Part shown: one piece after another, positions 25,649-37,077 of the stretch
Numbering within the stretch: position 1 is the stretch's first letter
Layout of the letters: every line of letters starts with the position of its first letter
Source: Phycisphaerales bacterium
Lineage (GTDB): Bacteria > Planctomycetota > Phycisphaerae > Phycisphaerales > SM1A02
Length of the DNA stretch: 64,000 nt
NCBI GenBank assembly: GCA_029268515.1
Contig: JAQWNP010000010.1
Span: 218,330-282,329, forward strand
Direction of reading: 5' to 3'
Made by a program: the position numbers and the translations under genes
Notes under the pieces: model-generated
Database searches by the model: none
What the model was told of the DNA's origin: nothing
Seen by the model: only the letters and a program-made list of their open reading frames with translations

Positions 25649-28600
25649 ATGAGTGTGTTGCTGTGGAGACGAGATCGACTTTGCGGATGGCTATTGCTTG
25701 TATTGCTGTCGGTAAGCAGTGCTGCAGAAAGCTCTACCGATCCCAATGAGGTTCTCTTTGGACGTGATGTCCGACCAATACTCTCGGATCGATGTTATCT
25801 CTGTCATGGACCAGATCGCGCCAATCAGCAGGCAGGTTTGAGACTTGACTCGTTTGAATCTGCAACAGCGCAAGGTAAGAACGGCGCGGCCATCGTTCCA
25901 GGTGACTCTAATGCATCGCTTATGTTTCACCGGATTCGTTCGAAGGATCCTAACTTCCAAATGCCGCCACAAGAAAGTGGCAAACATGCGCTCACCGACG
26001 CGCAGGTCGAGACAATTCGGAGTTGGATAGAACAAGGTGCCACCTATGAATCCCACTGGGCATTTTCACCACCCGAGCATTTGGATCCACCACAAGTAGT
26101 AGAACCAGAGTGGTGTTTAAATCCTATCGATCGTTTTATTATTGCGCGACTCGAAGCTCAGGGAATCAGACCCAATCCACCAGCGGATCAGGCAACTTTG
26201 ATTCGACGTTTATATCTTGATCTAACAGGGCTTCCACCCACGCCTCGGGAAGTGGAGGCGTTCGAGCAGGATGATCGATCTGATGCCTATGAACGCCTTG
26301 TAGATCGACTCTTGAACGAAGAGCCTTATCGAAGCCGCTATGCGGAACGTATGGCAACGCCTTGGATGGATCAGGCACGCTATGCAGATACCAGTGGTAT
26401 TCATATGGATGCAGGGCGATCGATCTGGCTCTGGCGAGACTGGGTACTTGAGGCCTATCGAGATAACCTGCCTTTTGATCAATTCGTCATCGAACAACTT
26501 GCGGGAGATCTGCTTCCTCGTGCAACACCATCTCAGAAAGTGGCCAGTGGTTTCAATCGAAATCATGTGACTAGTGATGAAGGGGGCGCCATTAATGAGG
26601 AATATCTGTTTGAGTATGCGATTGATCGAACGAACACAACGGGCGAGGTCTTTTTAGGATTGACGGTAGGTTGCGCGCAGTGTCATGATCACAAATTTGA
26701 TCCAGTAACTTCAGAAGACTACTACGGTCTTCTCTCTTTCTTTAATAACAATGAAGAGCCAGGCGTTTATTCACAAGTGCCTGATCCATATCGAGCCTTA
26801 GAGCCGGCGATGACAATTGGTAGTGAGGAGTCTCGCCAGAAAATTTCTTCGATAGACGCGTCGCTTCTGCAGCTCCGACAAGAGCAAACGCAGCCAGTAT
26901 CTGAAGAAGCAGACCGTATTGCCACCTTCATTGAAGAATTTAAAGATCAAGGCAATTGGAAGTGGCAACGACCTGGTGTTGTATCTGCCTTTAGTAAATC
27001 CGGTACCACACTTACCCCACAGTCAGATAGTTCTATTCTGTCTTCTGGCGTCAATCCTGACCAAGACCAGCATGAGATAATTATGCAGACTCAAGCCACA
27101 GGATTGCGCGCGATTATGTTGGAGGCAATGGGAGACAAGACATTGCCGCTTGGGCGCGTGGGGCGTGCTGCCAATGGCAACGTTGTCTTGACTGGACTCA
27201 GCGCAGAAGTTGTTTCACTGGCAGATCCCACCATGCGGCGTTCCATTGAATTGGCATGGGCATGGTCGGATATCTCACAGGGTAATGGAGACTACCCAGT
27301 TGTTAATGCATTGAGACCTGAAGATGGTCGAGGTTGGGCGGTTGCGGCTCACCAGATAGACGGAGGTCGTCAGGCGTTGTTCGTGGCAAGTGAGCCTTTC
27401 GGTTATGAGGGTGGTAGCTTGTTGGTAGTTCGTCTTAATTATGATTCAATTTATGCTCAACATAGTTTTGGTCGTGTTCGAATCTGGCTTGGAGAGTTAG
27501 ATGAGTCAGCTTTAGGCGGACTTCCTGCGGCCAGCTCTAATTGGTACATCGTTGGTCCGTATGCAACAGAAAATGGTGCTACCTCTTACAGCACAGCCTT
27601 TGGTCCTGAAGAATCTGGGCCGCTGAACTTTGGGAAGAAGTACAACAAACAATCTTGGCGTTATGCACCTGGTGTGATTGATGAAAGTCTGGTGACTCTG
27701 GCGCAAGGGATTGGCGCTGAATATATTGGGCGAGAGATTTTTGTGGCGAGTGCTCGAACACTAAAGGTTTCATTAGGAAGTGATGATGGCCTTCAGGTGT
27801 ATCTCAATGGCTCTTTGATTCATGAGAACCAGGTCAATCGTGGTGTCACTGCTGATCAAGATCAAGTCACGCTGAACTTGAAGCGAGGGCTTAACACGCT
27901 GGTACTTAAGGTCACCAATACTGGTGGCCCGCGTGGTATGTATTACCGCGCTTTGGATAATGAATCAGAAATTCCAGTAGAGATGGTGGCGCTCGCAATA
28001 CCAGAACAACTTCTCACAGATGCCATGCGGGAAAAAATTGATCATGCTTGGCGATTGAGATACTCGCCCCGCTATAGAGCGTTATCTAAGCAGATAGTAG
28101 AATTAGAAAGCGAGAAGACGGGACTCACCAACGCTATTCCTCAGACAATGATTATGAAAGAGCGATCAATGCCACGTGACACCTATGTCATGAAGCGCGG
28201 GCGCTATGATGCGCCAGATGAGCAGCGAAAAGTGCAACGCAGTGTGCCTTCCTTTCTTGGATCTCTTGATCAGACCAAGCTGGCAACAAGAATTGATCTA
28301 GCGCAATGGCTGGTAGGTGACGAGAATCCACTGACTGCCCGTGTGGCCGTAAACAGATTTTGGGAAATGCTCTTTGGTACCGGCCTGGTTGAAACAACAG
28401 AAGACTTTGGTTTGCAAGGGGCATGGCCATCTCATCCTCAGTTACTCGACTATCTGGCGGTGGAGTTTCGCGGAGGAGGTTGGGATGTACGGTCTCTATT
28501 GAAGCTGATTGTGATGAGCGCCACTTATCGTCAGTCTTCTGCAAGCAATCAGCAAGCGAGAGCGATTGACCCTGACAACCGATTACTGGGTTGGTATCCC

Positions 28601-29233
28601 AGGCAGAGGTTATCTGCCGAGCAGATCAGAGATCAGGCACTTTATATTTCTGGGTTGCTGGTTGAGGAATTTGGTGGCCCGAGTGTAAAGCCATATCAAC
28701 CCACGGGATTGTGGCAAGAAGTTGCCATGCCGCAATCCAATACCCGCACATTTGTACAAGACACTGGTGATGCACTATGGCGGCGATCTTTGTACACCTA
28801 CTGGAAAAGAGCCTCGCCGCCTCCAACGATGCTCACTTTAGATGCCCCGACACGTGAATATTGTGTCACCCGGCGACTGACAACCAACACGCCTCTGCAG
28901 GCCTTAGTTCTTTGGAACGATATTCAATTCGTGGAAGCAGCGCGTGGTCTTGCAGCACGTGTCATAAGCGAGCAAGACCATGACGAGCAAAGACTAGGGT
29001 TGCTCTATCGTTGGATCACATCAGGTCAGCTCAGTCCAGAGCTTCAAGAGGTGCTTCAGTCAGCTTTGGATGAGTACCGTGATCGGTTTGCAAGGGCACC
29101 GGAAGACGCTGAATTATTGGTTTCAACTGGAGAATCTCCAGTTCCTGATAGCATTTCGCCTGTGGATCTTGCATCATGGACACTCATTGCTAATGCAATC
29201 ATGTCGAGTGATGCTGCAATTGTTAAGGACTAA
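25649..29233 (+). CDS. PSCyt1/DUF1549/DUF1553 (planctomycete cytochrome-c-domain, PSD1) protein
   Basis: I placed the start at ATG 25649, which opens a signal-like [28 protein letters not shown]. It carries a heme motif [23 protein letters not shown]1549-like [28 protein letters not shown] and a DUF1553-like C-terminal region. Confidence 0.85.
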   Translation: MSVLLWRRDRLCGWLLLVLLSVSSAAESSTDPNEVLFGRDVRPILSDRCYLCHGPDRANQQAGLRLDSFESATAQGKNGAAIVPGDSNASLMFHRIRSKDPNFQMPPQESGKHALTDAQVETIRSWIEQGATYESHWAFSPPEHLDPPQVVEPEWCLNPIDRFIIARLEAQGIRPNPPADQATLIRRLYLDLTGLPPTPREVEAFEQDDRSDAYERLVDRLLNEEPYRSRYAERMATPWMDQARYADTSGIHMDAGRSIWLWRDWVLEAYRDNLPFDQFVIEQLAGDLLPRATPSQKVASGFNRNHVTSDEGGAINEEYLFEYAIDRTNTTGEVFLGLTVGCAQCHDHKFDPVTSEDYYGLLSFFNNNEEPGVYSQVPDPYRALEPAMTIGSEESRQKISSIDASLLQLRQEQTQPVSEEADRIATFIEEFKDQGNWKWQRPGVVSAFSKSGTTLTPQSDSSILSSGVNPDQDQHEIIMQTQATGLRAIMLEAMGDKTLPLGRVGRAANGNVVLTGLSAEVVSLADPTMRRSIELAWAWSDISQGNGDYPVVNALRPEDGRGWAVAAHQIDGGRQALFVASEPFGYEGGSLLVVRLNYDSIYAQHSFGRVRIWLGELDESALGGLPAASSNWYIVGPYATENGATSYSTAFGPEESGPLNFGKKYNKQSWRYAPGVIDESLVTLAQGIGAEYIGREIFVASARTLKVSLGSDDGLQVYLNGSLIHENQVNRGVTADQDQVTLNLKRGLNTLVLKVTNTGGPRGMYYRALDNESEIPVEMVALAIPEQLLTDAMREKIDHAWRLRYSPRYRALSKQIVELESEKTGLTNAIPQTMIMKERSMPRDTYVMKRGRYDAPDEQRKVQRSVPSFLGSLDQTKLATRIDLAQWLVGDENPLTARVAVNRFWEMLFGTGLVETTEDFGLQGAWPSHPQLLDYLAVEFRGGGWDVRSLLKLIVMSATYRQSSASNQQARAIDPDNRLLGWYPRQRLSAEQIRDQALYISGLLVEEFGGPSVKPYQPTGLWQEVAMPQSNTRTFVQDTGDALWRRSLYTYWKRASPPPTMLTLDAPTREYCVTRRLTTNTPLQALVLWNDIQFVEAARGLAARVISEQDHDEQRLGLLYRWITSGQLSPELQEVLQSALDEYRDRFARAPEDAELLVSTGESPVPDSISPVDLASWTLIANAIMSSDAAIVKD

Positions 29234-29243
29234 CAACTAGATC

Positions 29244-30758
29244 ATGTCTTCAAAGCAACGAATTCGACAAGCCTGTGCCGATCCTCTTGAGGAGTACCTT
29301 AGGAATATCACACGCCGTCGCTTCTTTGGAAAAGTTGCGTCCACTATGGGCGCCGGTATTGGAACACTGGCATTGGGGTCACTTCTTCCTCGAGCCTCCG
29401 CTCAAAGCCCATCGGTTGATCCGACCTCCGCGCCGGGGCAGTTGCTGGCAAATCTTCCACATTATGCGCCCAAAGCCAAGCGGGTTATTTATCTGCATAT
29501 GGAAGGAGCGCCCAGTCAACTTGATTTGTTTGACTATAAACCGAATTTGCGAGATCAGTTTGATAGCGATTTGCCCGAGTCGATTCGAGATGGTCAGCGT
29601 ATTACCACGATGACCAGTGGTCAGGACCGACTTCCCGTAGCACCCTCGATGTTTAAATTTAATCGCTACGAAAATAACCAAGATGGGGTGATGCTCTCTG
29701 AGCTCATTCCTCATACGGCAAGTATCGCGAAGGATCTTTGTTTTATTAAGTCAATGCACACGCAGGCTATTAATCATGAGCCTGGTATCACGTTCTTTCA
29801 GACTGGCGCTGAGCAAGTGGGGCGTCCCTGTTTTGGGTCATGGATGAGTTATGGCCTTGGGAGCATGAATGCTGATCTGCCAACTTTTGTGGTGATGATC
29901 ACGCAGGGTAAGGGCAACATGCAAGCGCTGAGTGCTCGATTTTGGGGTAGCGGATTTCTTTCGAGTGAGCATCAGGGATGCAAGCTCCGAACTGGGCGCG
30001 ACAGTGTGCTTTACCTGCGAGATCCTGATGGAGTTTCGAGGGATGATCGTCGACAAATGCTTGATTTGGTTGAACGCATTAATGAAGATGAGTTCCAACA
30101 CAGCCTTGATCCGGATGTGCAAGCAAGGTTAGCTCAGTATGAGATGGCCTATCGAATGCAAATGTCTGTTCCAGAGTTGACTGATATTTCTAATGAGTCA
30201 GAAGCGACCCTTGAAATGTATGGTCCGGATGTCCGAACACCCGGTTCGTTTGCAGCCAACTGTTTACAGGCCAGGCGGCTCGCAGAACGCGGCGTGCGAT
30301 TCGTTCAGCTTTACATGCGTGGATGGGATCAGCACGGTAACTTGCCGACAGAAATTCGTAGTCAGTGTAATGCGGTTGATCAGGCTCAAGCGGCACTCGT
30401 GAAGGATCTTAAGCAACGAGGCTTGCTCGATGACACCCTGGTACTCTGGGCTGGAGAGTTTGGGCGTACGGTTTATTGCCAAGGCGCCCTGTCTGAGACG
30501 AACTATGGTCGGGATCACCACCCACGTTGTTTTTCGATCTGGTTAGCAGGCGGTGGTATTAAGCCTGGCATCTCATATGGTAAGACAGACGACTACTCTT
30601 ACAATATTATTGAGAATCCAGTTGATGTGCACGATCTTCATGCAACGATGCTTCATCTACTTGGGCTTGAACATAAGAAACTGACCTACCGTCATCAAGG
30701 ACGTGACTATCGACTGACAGATGTTCATGGCAATATAGTGAAACCAATCTTATTGTAA
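29244..30758 (+). CDS. DUF1501 (sulfatase-fold) protein with a twin-arginine signal
   Basis: Tat-like ITRRRFFGKVASTMGAGIGTLALGSLLPRASA; GEFGRT and RDHH motifs. The gene starts 10 nt after the DUF1553 gene, the usual pairing. Confidence 0.85.
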   Translation: MSSKQRIRQACADPLEEYLRNITRRRFFGKVASTMGAGIGTLALGSLLPRASAQSPSVDPTSAPGQLLANLPHYAPKAKRVIYLHMEGAPSQLDLFDYKPNLRDQFDSDLPESIRDGQRITTMTSGQDRLPVAPSMFKFNRYENNQDGVMLSELIPHTASIAKDLCFIKSMHTQAINHEPGITFFQTGAEQVGRPCFGSWMSYGLGSMNADLPTFVVMITQGKGNMQALSARFWGSGFLSSEHQGCKLRTGRDSVLYLRDPDGVSRDDRRQMLDLVERINEDEFQHSLDPDVQARLAQYEMAYRMQMSVPELTDISNESEATLEMYGPDVRTPGSFAANCLQARRLAERGVRFVQLYMRGWDQHGNLPTEIRSQCNAVDQAQAALVKDLKQRGLLDDTLVLWAGEFGRTVYCQGALSETNYGRDHHPRCFSIWLAGGGIKPGISYGKTDDYSYNIIENPVDVHDLHATMLHLLGLEHKKLTYRHQGRDYRLTDVHGNIVKPILL

Positions 30759-30776
30759 GAATGTGAGGCAGTAGAA

Positions 30777-33700
30777 GTGTCTAAGAAAATGCTTGTGAGC
30801 GTTCTGCTTGTCGCCCTTAGCAATATGTATTCATTATCTGCGATCGGTCAAGAAGATCAGGTGGTAGAGCCGGCCATACAAACAGAATTGCCCCCAGAGC
30901 CACTTGCCGGTATTGAAGCGGTAGAAGGCGTGAGCGTTCGGATTTGGGCAAGTACGCCGATGGTGATGGATCCAGTTTCTTTCTGTATTGATGAGAAAGG
31001 CCGAGTCCTTGTTGCGGAGTCATTTCGTCAAGAGCACGGTGTTGAGGATAACCGGAGTCAACCATATTGGTTGCTCGACGATCTCGCATCTCAAACAGTT
31101 GAAGATCGGCTTGCAAAATATCACAAGTGGGCGCACAAGCGTGAAAACGGTATGAACTGGTATACCGAAAAAGAAGACCGAATTCGGATCGTCGAAGACA
31201 CGAATCAAGATGGATTCGCAGACAAAGTAACCATCTTCGCGGATCGTTTTGATGAACCGCTGTCTGGGACTGGTGCTGGTTTAATCGCCCGTGATGGAAA
31301 GATCTGGTACGCCTGCATTCCTCACTTGTGGCAATTAGAAGATCAGGACAATGATGGTATTGCTGATCAGCGTACAACGGTCCATTCTGGATTTGGTGTT
31401 CGTGATGCACTTCGGGGGCATGACATGCATGGTCTGGTGTGGGGCCCCGATGGTCGCCTTTATTGGTCAATCGGTGATCGTGGATACAACGTGATTAGTA
31501 AAGAAGGGCGGCGGTTTGCTGACCCACGTGCAGGTGCTGTCTTTCGATGTGAACCAGATGGCTCTGAGTTAGAGGTCTTTTATTACGGACTACGTAACCC
31601 TCAAGAGTTGGCTTTTGATCGTTACGGCTATCTCTTCACAGGTGATAATAATTCAGACGCTGGTGACAAAGCGCGCATGACCTATATTGCTGAAGGGGGC
31701 CAGACTGGTTGGGAGATGAATTACCAATCAGTCGATGGGGAAAACGTTCGTGGGCCATGGGTTCAAGAGGGGCTATGGGAAACTGACCATCCAGAGCGAC
31801 CTGCATGGTCACTTCCACCACTTAAGCATGTGAGCAGCGGACCATCTGGCCTGACTACGTATCCGGGGCAAGGTCTACCCGAGCGTTACAAAGACCATCT
31901 GTTTATGTGTGACTTTACTGGCAGTCCGACAAATAGCAGTGTGCTTGCGATGCAGATGGTTCCAGATGGGGCTGGATTTCGTGTTGAAGATGTGCATCCT
32001 TTTGTGTCAGGGATTCTCTGTACTGATGTTGACTTTAACTGGGATGGATCGATGGTCGTCTCAGATTGGGTTCAAGGTTGGGAGGGTTCGGAAACAGGTA
32101 GACTGATTGTCTTATCATCTGATGATCAAGCAGAAGCTCTGGAATTGCAGAAGACGGCTCAGTTAATTGCTCAAGGCATTAAGCACCGCGAGACCTCTGA
32201 ACTGCTTTCTTTACTTAGTCACCCTGACATGCGCATCCGCCAGCGAGCTCAGTTTGTGCTGGCCGATCGAGGTGAAACCTCTATCCAGCCGCTGGCGGTG
32301 ATTGCTCAGGATGCCAATGCAGAACAAATGGCGAGGATTCACAGTCTTTGGTGCCTTGGAATGATTGCCCGTTACGGCGATTACCAAGTTGGTGATGCAT
32401 CCCATCCATTGGGCGCGGTCATGGAGGTCACTGAGGATCCAGATCCGGAAATTCGAAGTCAAGCAGCCCGAGTGTTGGGAGATGAAGCGTATCAGCCAGC
32501 CTATGAACAACTGATCAGTCTTATATTTGATGAGGAACCACGTGTGGTCTACCACGCGACAATGGGGCTTGGTCGGATCGGTGATCCACTTGCGGTTGAT
32601 GCTATTTTGGAAATGCTTTGGGCCAATGACAATGAAGATCGCTGGTTGCGTCATGCAGGTGTCATGGCTCTCGTTCGTATAGACGATCGCGCCGGACTTG
32701 TTGAGCTACTCGGTGATCCCATGCCATCAGTTCGAATGGCCGCGCTTCTTGCCTTGCGGCGTCTGGAAGATCCCGCTGTCGCTCGACTGCTTCGAGATTC
32801 TGATCCGATGATTGCAGCCGAAGCTGCCAGGGCGATCAATGACAAACCCATTGCCAGTGCAGACATCGCCTTAGCAGATGTGCTTCCATCTTTGGTACGA
32901 ACCTCGATAGATGCATCGCCGGTGTATGAACGCTCGTCGCAACAAGATCTATATACGGTTCAGCTTGAGCGTTTTGATAATGTGCCTTTTGCAACAAGTC
33001 ATGAATTGGAAACACTTGTTGCCTTTGATCGTGAGCCTGATGAGATTCTGTCATTGCAGACATTTGTTGCACCTGACAATCAAAGTGATCAATTTGTCAG
33101 TCAGATGACCGGCCGATTCGTGGTTTCCGACGCGGGCGAGTACCGGTTTGCATTGTGTAGCGATGATAGCGCCGTATTGTCTATATGGCCTGAGGAACAA
33201 CCGGATCAAAAGCAGTTCCTATCAAGGGTTGATGATTGGGTAGATAAAAACACGTGGGATCAACAACCCAATCAGATTTCTGAACCGATCGAATTGACCG
33301 AAGGCACCGCTTATATTCTTGAAGCTCGCCATTGTGATCGCAGCGGTAAGGATCATCTTGCCATTGCTTGGCAGAAACCAGACGGGCGTTGGCAGCGGCC
33401 TATCGGAAACAACATCAGCGACCCAACTGGGACTGCGACAAGAACGGAAATGGCGGTCACACGTCGAGCATTAGCAGCGACATTGCGAACAGGTGATGCC
33501 CATCGAATCAAAACGGTTGCGGCATTGGCGCTCGACCCTACCCAGCCAGCAGTGATTCGTCGCGAGGCGATTGATGTGCTCGCTCAATGGCCAAAGCCCA
33601 GGCCACGCGATCTTGTGCAAGGAAGATATCGGCCTGTTGTCACTGAGCGAAACACTGAGCAGTGGCGTGAAGCAATGACCCAGATCATGCCAGCGCTGAC

Positions 33701-34514
33701 ACAGTCGCATCCGGTGGTTGCAGTACCTGCCCAGCAGATTGCGGCTGCTCATAACATCGCTCTTGATACATCTGTGCTTCAGAAGGCACTGGAGGATACG
33801 CAAGCACCATTTGATCAACGTCAAACGATGCTTCGATTACTCTGCAGAGAGGCGAAAACAAGGCAACCGGCGATCGACACAGCCCTTCTAAGCAGTGATC
33901 CAAACCTAAAAGCAGAAGCAATACGATTACTTGCCCAATATGATCAAGAAGCAGCGCTGCCAATAGTGCTTGAAGCGATCAATGGTTCGCATTTACAGCA
34001 GAAGCGAGCCGCCATCGAAGCTCTTGGCCTGATTGAGAATATTGAAGCGGAGCAAGTGCTGTTGGAGCTGCTTCAGAATATTGAAACAAAACCAAGCTCT
34101 TTGCATCTGGACATTCTCATGGCCAGCCAACAAAAGGGTGGGGCAGCGATAGCGCCACACTTAACTCATTGGCAGAAAGTAATACCTTCAGGATTCGCGG
34201 CTACCTATGGCCTGGCCAGTGAAGGGGGTGATCCAGTTCGTGGTCGAGAGTTGGTGTTCTATCATGCGGGAGCAAGTTGCCTGCGATGTCATCTCGTTGA
34301 GGGTGTCGGCGGAGAATCTGGACCATCATTGGATGGCGTGGCAAGTAGATTGACTCGTGATCAGTTGCTCAGCTCACTACTGATGCCACAAGAGTTGATT
34401 GCTGATGGCTATGGCGCGTCGTCAGCGATGCCCGCCATGCACCAATATCTGTCTCCTATCGAGATGCGTGATGTGATGGCATATCTAATGACTTTAGAAT
34501 CTAACGAAAACTGA
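30777..34514 (+). CDS. Membrane-bound-dehydrogenase-like beta-propeller / HEAT-repeat / PA14 / C-terminal cytochrome c protein
   Basis: N-terminal signal, propeller region and HEAT-like repeats (PDPEIRSQAARVLG, PMPSVRMAALLAL). PA14-like GRFVVSDAGEYRFALCSDDSAVLSIW...EGTAYILEARHCDRSGKDHLAIAWQKPDG. C-terminal heme motif GASCLRCHLVEGVGGESGPSLDGV. The start is GTG 30777; an ATG alternative lies at 30789. Confidence 0.75.
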   Translation: MSKKMLVSVLLVALSNMYSLSAIGQEDQVVEPAIQTELPPEPLAGIEAVEGVSVRIWASTPMVMDPVSFCIDEKGRVLVAESFRQEHGVEDNRSQPYWLLDDLASQTVEDRLAKYHKWAHKRENGMNWYTEKEDRIRIVEDTNQDGFADKVTIFADRFDEPLSGTGAGLIARDGKIWYACIPHLWQLEDQDNDGIADQRTTVHSGFGVRDALRGHDMHGLVWGPDGRLYWSIGDRGYNVISKEGRRFADPRAGAVFRCEPDGSELEVFYYGLRNPQELAFDRYGYLFTGDNNSDAGDKARMTYIAEGGQTGWEMNYQSVDGENVRGPWVQEGLWETDHPERPAWSLPPLKHVSSGPSGLTTYPGQGLPERYKDHLFMCDFTGSPTNSSVLAMQMVPDGAGFRVEDVHPFVSGILCTDVDFNWDGSMVVSDWVQGWEGSETGRLIVLSSDDQAEALELQKTAQLIAQGIKHRETSELLSLLSHPDMRIRQRAQFVLADRGETSIQPLAVIAQDANAEQMARIHSLWCLGMIARYGDYQVGDASHPLGAVMEVTEDPDPEIRSQAARVLGDEAYQPAYEQLISLIFDEEPRVVYHATMGLGRIGDPLAVDAILEMLWANDNEDRWLRHAGVMALVRIDDRAGLVELLGDPMPSVRMAALLALRRLEDPAVARLLRDSDPMIAAEAARAINDKPIASADIALADVLPSLVRTSIDASPVYERSSQQDLYTVQLERFDNVPFATSHELETLVAFDREPDEILSLQTFVAPDNQSDQFVSQMTGRFVVSDAGEYRFALCSDDSAVLSIWPEEQPDQKQFLSRVDDWVDKNTWDQQPNQISEPIELTEGTAYILEARHCDRSGKDHLAIAWQKPDGRWQRPIGNNISDPTGTATRTEMAVTRRALAATLRTGDAHRIKTVAALALDPTQPAVIRREAIDVLAQWPKPRPRDLVQGRYRPVVTERNTEQWREAMTQIMPALTQSHPVVAVPAQQIAAAHNIALDTSVLQKALEDTQAPFDQRQTMLRLLCREAKTRQPAIDTALLSSDPNLKAEAIRLLAQYDQEAALPIVLEAINGSHLQQKRAAIEALGLIENIEAEQVLLELLQNIETKPSSLHLDILMASQQKGGAAIAPHLTHWQKVIPSGFAATYGLASEGGDPVRGRELVFYHAGASCLRCHLVEGVGGESGPSLDGVASRLTRDQLLSSLLMPQELIADGYGASSAMPAMHQYLSPIEMRDVMAYLMTLESNEN

Positions 34515-34614
34515 GACGAAGATCGCTCAGTGCAGTTACTCATGCTCTCAATTGGTGTGGACTTCTGGAGAAATCTTCTTCGAGAACTAACTTGTTGAGG
34601 GAACACAGGCCTAT

Positions 34615-35658
34615 CTAATTTTCGTTTGGCATCTTATGTTCTTCATAGGGCATCCAATCCGAACTCATTGCCGGATAGTGTGGACACGCAGCCTCTTGGG
34701 TTGCTGCGCGAGCTGATTCACCCATAAGCTCGACATCCATTCGATAGGTCTGGTCAAAAACAAGAATCGATAAGACCCGGTCGTTGACAACGCGACCGAG
34801 CAGCATCAGTAGATCATCCTCAGTGACATCGTTCAGAGCCTCTGCCATGATCAATCGATCATTGATGGCATCTCGTCCCATCATTTGAGCCATGATCTGG
34901 AAGTGGACGTTTTGTCTTCTCATCGCCCAGGCTGAGTTGACGACGGCATAAAGACGTGACCATTCTTCTTCACCCATCTCTGCTCGCCACTTCTTGACCA
35001 CAGCTTCAAAGTGATCAACCTGTAGCTTGCCAGCCAAGGCAACAGTTTTCATGACAGTGGGGAGGAGGTCCCTCGCGTACTTCGAATAGTCTTCAGCAGT
35101 AAAGTGACCTTTTGCCAGAGCATTGTCCATAAACGCAATGCCACCCTTGAGAATCGTACGACAGTAGCTCTCAAATTCTGTAGGCATTCCAGCATTGTCT
35201 AAAGTCGCTAATGCTTCCTTCATAGATTGGTTGTAATCCGACAAATCTGCTCGCCAGTTTCCAGACTCAGAGTACTCAAAGTACGGTGAGACGATTTCAA
35301 AGATGCCGACCAATGTATGTGATACCGATTTGATTTGTTCATAGATCGCAGGTACTGGTTCAACGGCAACCTGCTTTCCATCGCGCCGTAAGATGTATTT
35401 GCCGCCATTACCGTTGAACATGGCAAGGATGACAGGTGATTGCATTTGGCCAACTGCATGTTGAGTTTTGGCGTAGTTTGCCTGCATAACCGAGTCGAGT
35501 TTGTACAAGCGATCCGAAGCTTCTGATGCTTGATCTACTTGCATTTGTTTGATGATTTGCTCTTGCGCTGGTGATGGCTGGAAAGCATTGGCGACTGATA
35601 TGCTGAGCACCAAAGTCATCAACGATGACGTGATAAAAAACATGCTATTTATTTTCAT
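34615..35658 (-). CDS. Secreted hypothetical protein, mostly helical, with no recognised domain
   Basis: I placed the start at ATG 35658, which has GGAGGGG upstream and opens a signal peptide MKINSMFFITSSLMTLVLSISVANA. Confidence 0.5.
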   Translation of the reverse strand: MKINSMFFITSSLMTLVLSISVANAFQPSPAQEQIIKQMQVDQASEASDRLYKLDSVMQANYAKTQHAVGQMQSPVILAMFNGNGGKYILRRDGKQVAVEPVPAIYEQIKSVSHTLVGIFEIVSPYFEYSESGNWRADLSDYNQSMKEALATLDNAGMPTEFESYCRTILKGGIAFMDNALAKGHFTAEDYSKYARDLLPTVMKTVALAGKLQVDHFEAVVKKWRAEMGEEEWSRLYAVVNSAWAMRRQNVHFQIMAQMMGRDAINDRLIMAEALNDVTEDDLLMLLGRVVNDRVLSILVFDQTYRMDVELMGESARAATQEAACPHYPAMSSDWMPYEEHKMPNEN

Positions 35659-35853
35659 TTTAATGCACCCCTCCGAGCATTTTGGTGTGTTGAAAGAAAA
35701 CACAAATTGATGAAGTCTGTTGTTACCAAGTTCATCACCTATTCAGTATAAAACAATTATTACACCAGCACTAATGCTTTAGTAATGGGCCTATTCACTT
35801 AGTAGGTACATTGAAGTAGCGATTTGATGCGAGCGTAATCTCAATTGATGCGA

Positions 35854-37077
35854 CTATTTACCAGCCTCTATTGGTGGTTTTGCAGTTCCCTTAAAGAGCT
35901 TGTAGCGAAGTAAACGGCATTCAACGCCACCGTTTTCAAAGGGCACACGGCGAGCTGTCTTAAGGCCGATTGTGCCAGCAAGATCATGCGAGGTAAATAC
36001 AAATCCATCCCAGCCTGGGCAACTCTGTTTAAGGAAGTCGCCGACGCGTTTATAGACATCCTTGAGCTTCAGTAGATCTCCGAGTCGCTCTCCGTATTCG
36101 CCGTGCAAAATGATCGTTCCTGGCGTTTCTGGCATTGGTGTTTCTGCAAAGTCACAAACATGAAACTCAATAAGGTGCTCAACGCCGGCGGTGGCGGCAT
36201 TTTTCTTGGCGGCCATAACAGCATGAGGATCGATGTCTGTTGCAATAATTGGAGCAGGTGCATTTTTGAGTGTGGCCTTGCGTGCATTGACTCGCTCTTG
36301 CTTCCATTGCATTTCATCGAAGGTTAGGAGATGTTGCATGCCAAAATTGCTTCGCAATAGACCTGGCGCCCGCTGCGTTGCCAGTAGTGCGCCCTCGATC
36401 GCAAGCGTGCCACTGCCACACATTGGAATGACCAGTGGGCGACTGCCGTCGTAGCCTGTTTCGAGTAAGACGGCAGCAGCAATAGTCTCACGCATTGGTG
36501 CAAGAAATGGAATTCGTCGGTAACCACGATCGGAGAGTTTTTGGCCGGCCAAGTCGAGGGAAATCCGTGCCTGGTCATCCTTCCAGTAAAGATGGATGAC
36601 ACTCTGTGTTCGATCAGACCCAGCATTGGGGCGTCGGCCATGGACCTCTTGAATTCGATCGACGATGGCATCTTTGAGTCTCATGTTCGGAAACATTGAG
36701 TTATCGATTGTGCTGTTTTGGACCGCCGAAATGACTGACACGTAGCCATCTGGCGAGATAATTCGTTCCCAAGGTAATCGAACCGATTCTTGGTAGAGCA
36801 TTTCAGCATCAACCGCTTGAATATCAGCAAATCGTTGTAGCACGTGATAGGCCGTACGAAGACGTAGGCACATACGCATTGCATCGGTCCATGTGCCAGT
36901 GGTGGTGACGCCAGTGTGGTCGGTGCCAGAAACCTTCAAGCCAAGTGATTCAATTTCACGAGAGAGCCATGGAGAGAGTCCAGGTGCGCAGCTGACACGG
37001 TATATCCGTGATGGATCAGGTAATGGTGGGTTTCGTTTTCTTGGGTTTTGATCTGGTCGGGGCACTGGCTTATTCAC
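35854..37077 (-). CDS. THUMP-domain class I SAM-dependent RNA methyltransferase (RlmL/RlmK N-half-like)
   Basis: Motifs VIPMCGSGTLAIEGAL, ATDIDPHAVMAAKKNAATAGV and ILHGEYGERLG (a variant of NPPYGERL). The GTG start overlaps the upstream gene by 8 nt. Confidence 0.7.
   Translation of the reverse strand: MNKPVPRPDQNPRKRNPPLPDPSRIYRVSCAPGLSPWLSREIESLGLKVSGTDHTGVTTTGTWTDAMRMCLRLRTAYHVLQRFADIQAVDAEMLYQESVRLPWERIISPDGYVSVISAVQNSTIDNSMFPNMRLKDAIVDRIQEVHGRRPNAGSDRTQSVIHLYWKDDQARISLDLAGQKLSDRGYRRIPFLAPMRETIAAAVLLETGYDGSRPLVIPMCGSGTLAIEGALLATQRAPGLLRSNFGMQHLLTFDEMQWKQERVNARKATLKNAPAPIIATDIDPHAVMAAKKNAATAGVEHLIEFHVCDFAETPMPETPGTIILHGEYGERLGDLLKLKDVYKRVGDFLKQSCPGWDGFVFTSHDLAGTIGLKTARRVPFENGGVECRLLRYKLFKGTAKPPIEAGK

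Noticed and set aside
25389-25650. tRNA-Pro as a genomic-island integration site.
   Set aside because: There is no integrase, no direct repeat of the tRNA 3' end and no mobile genes downstream. The next genes are typical PVC chromosomal families.
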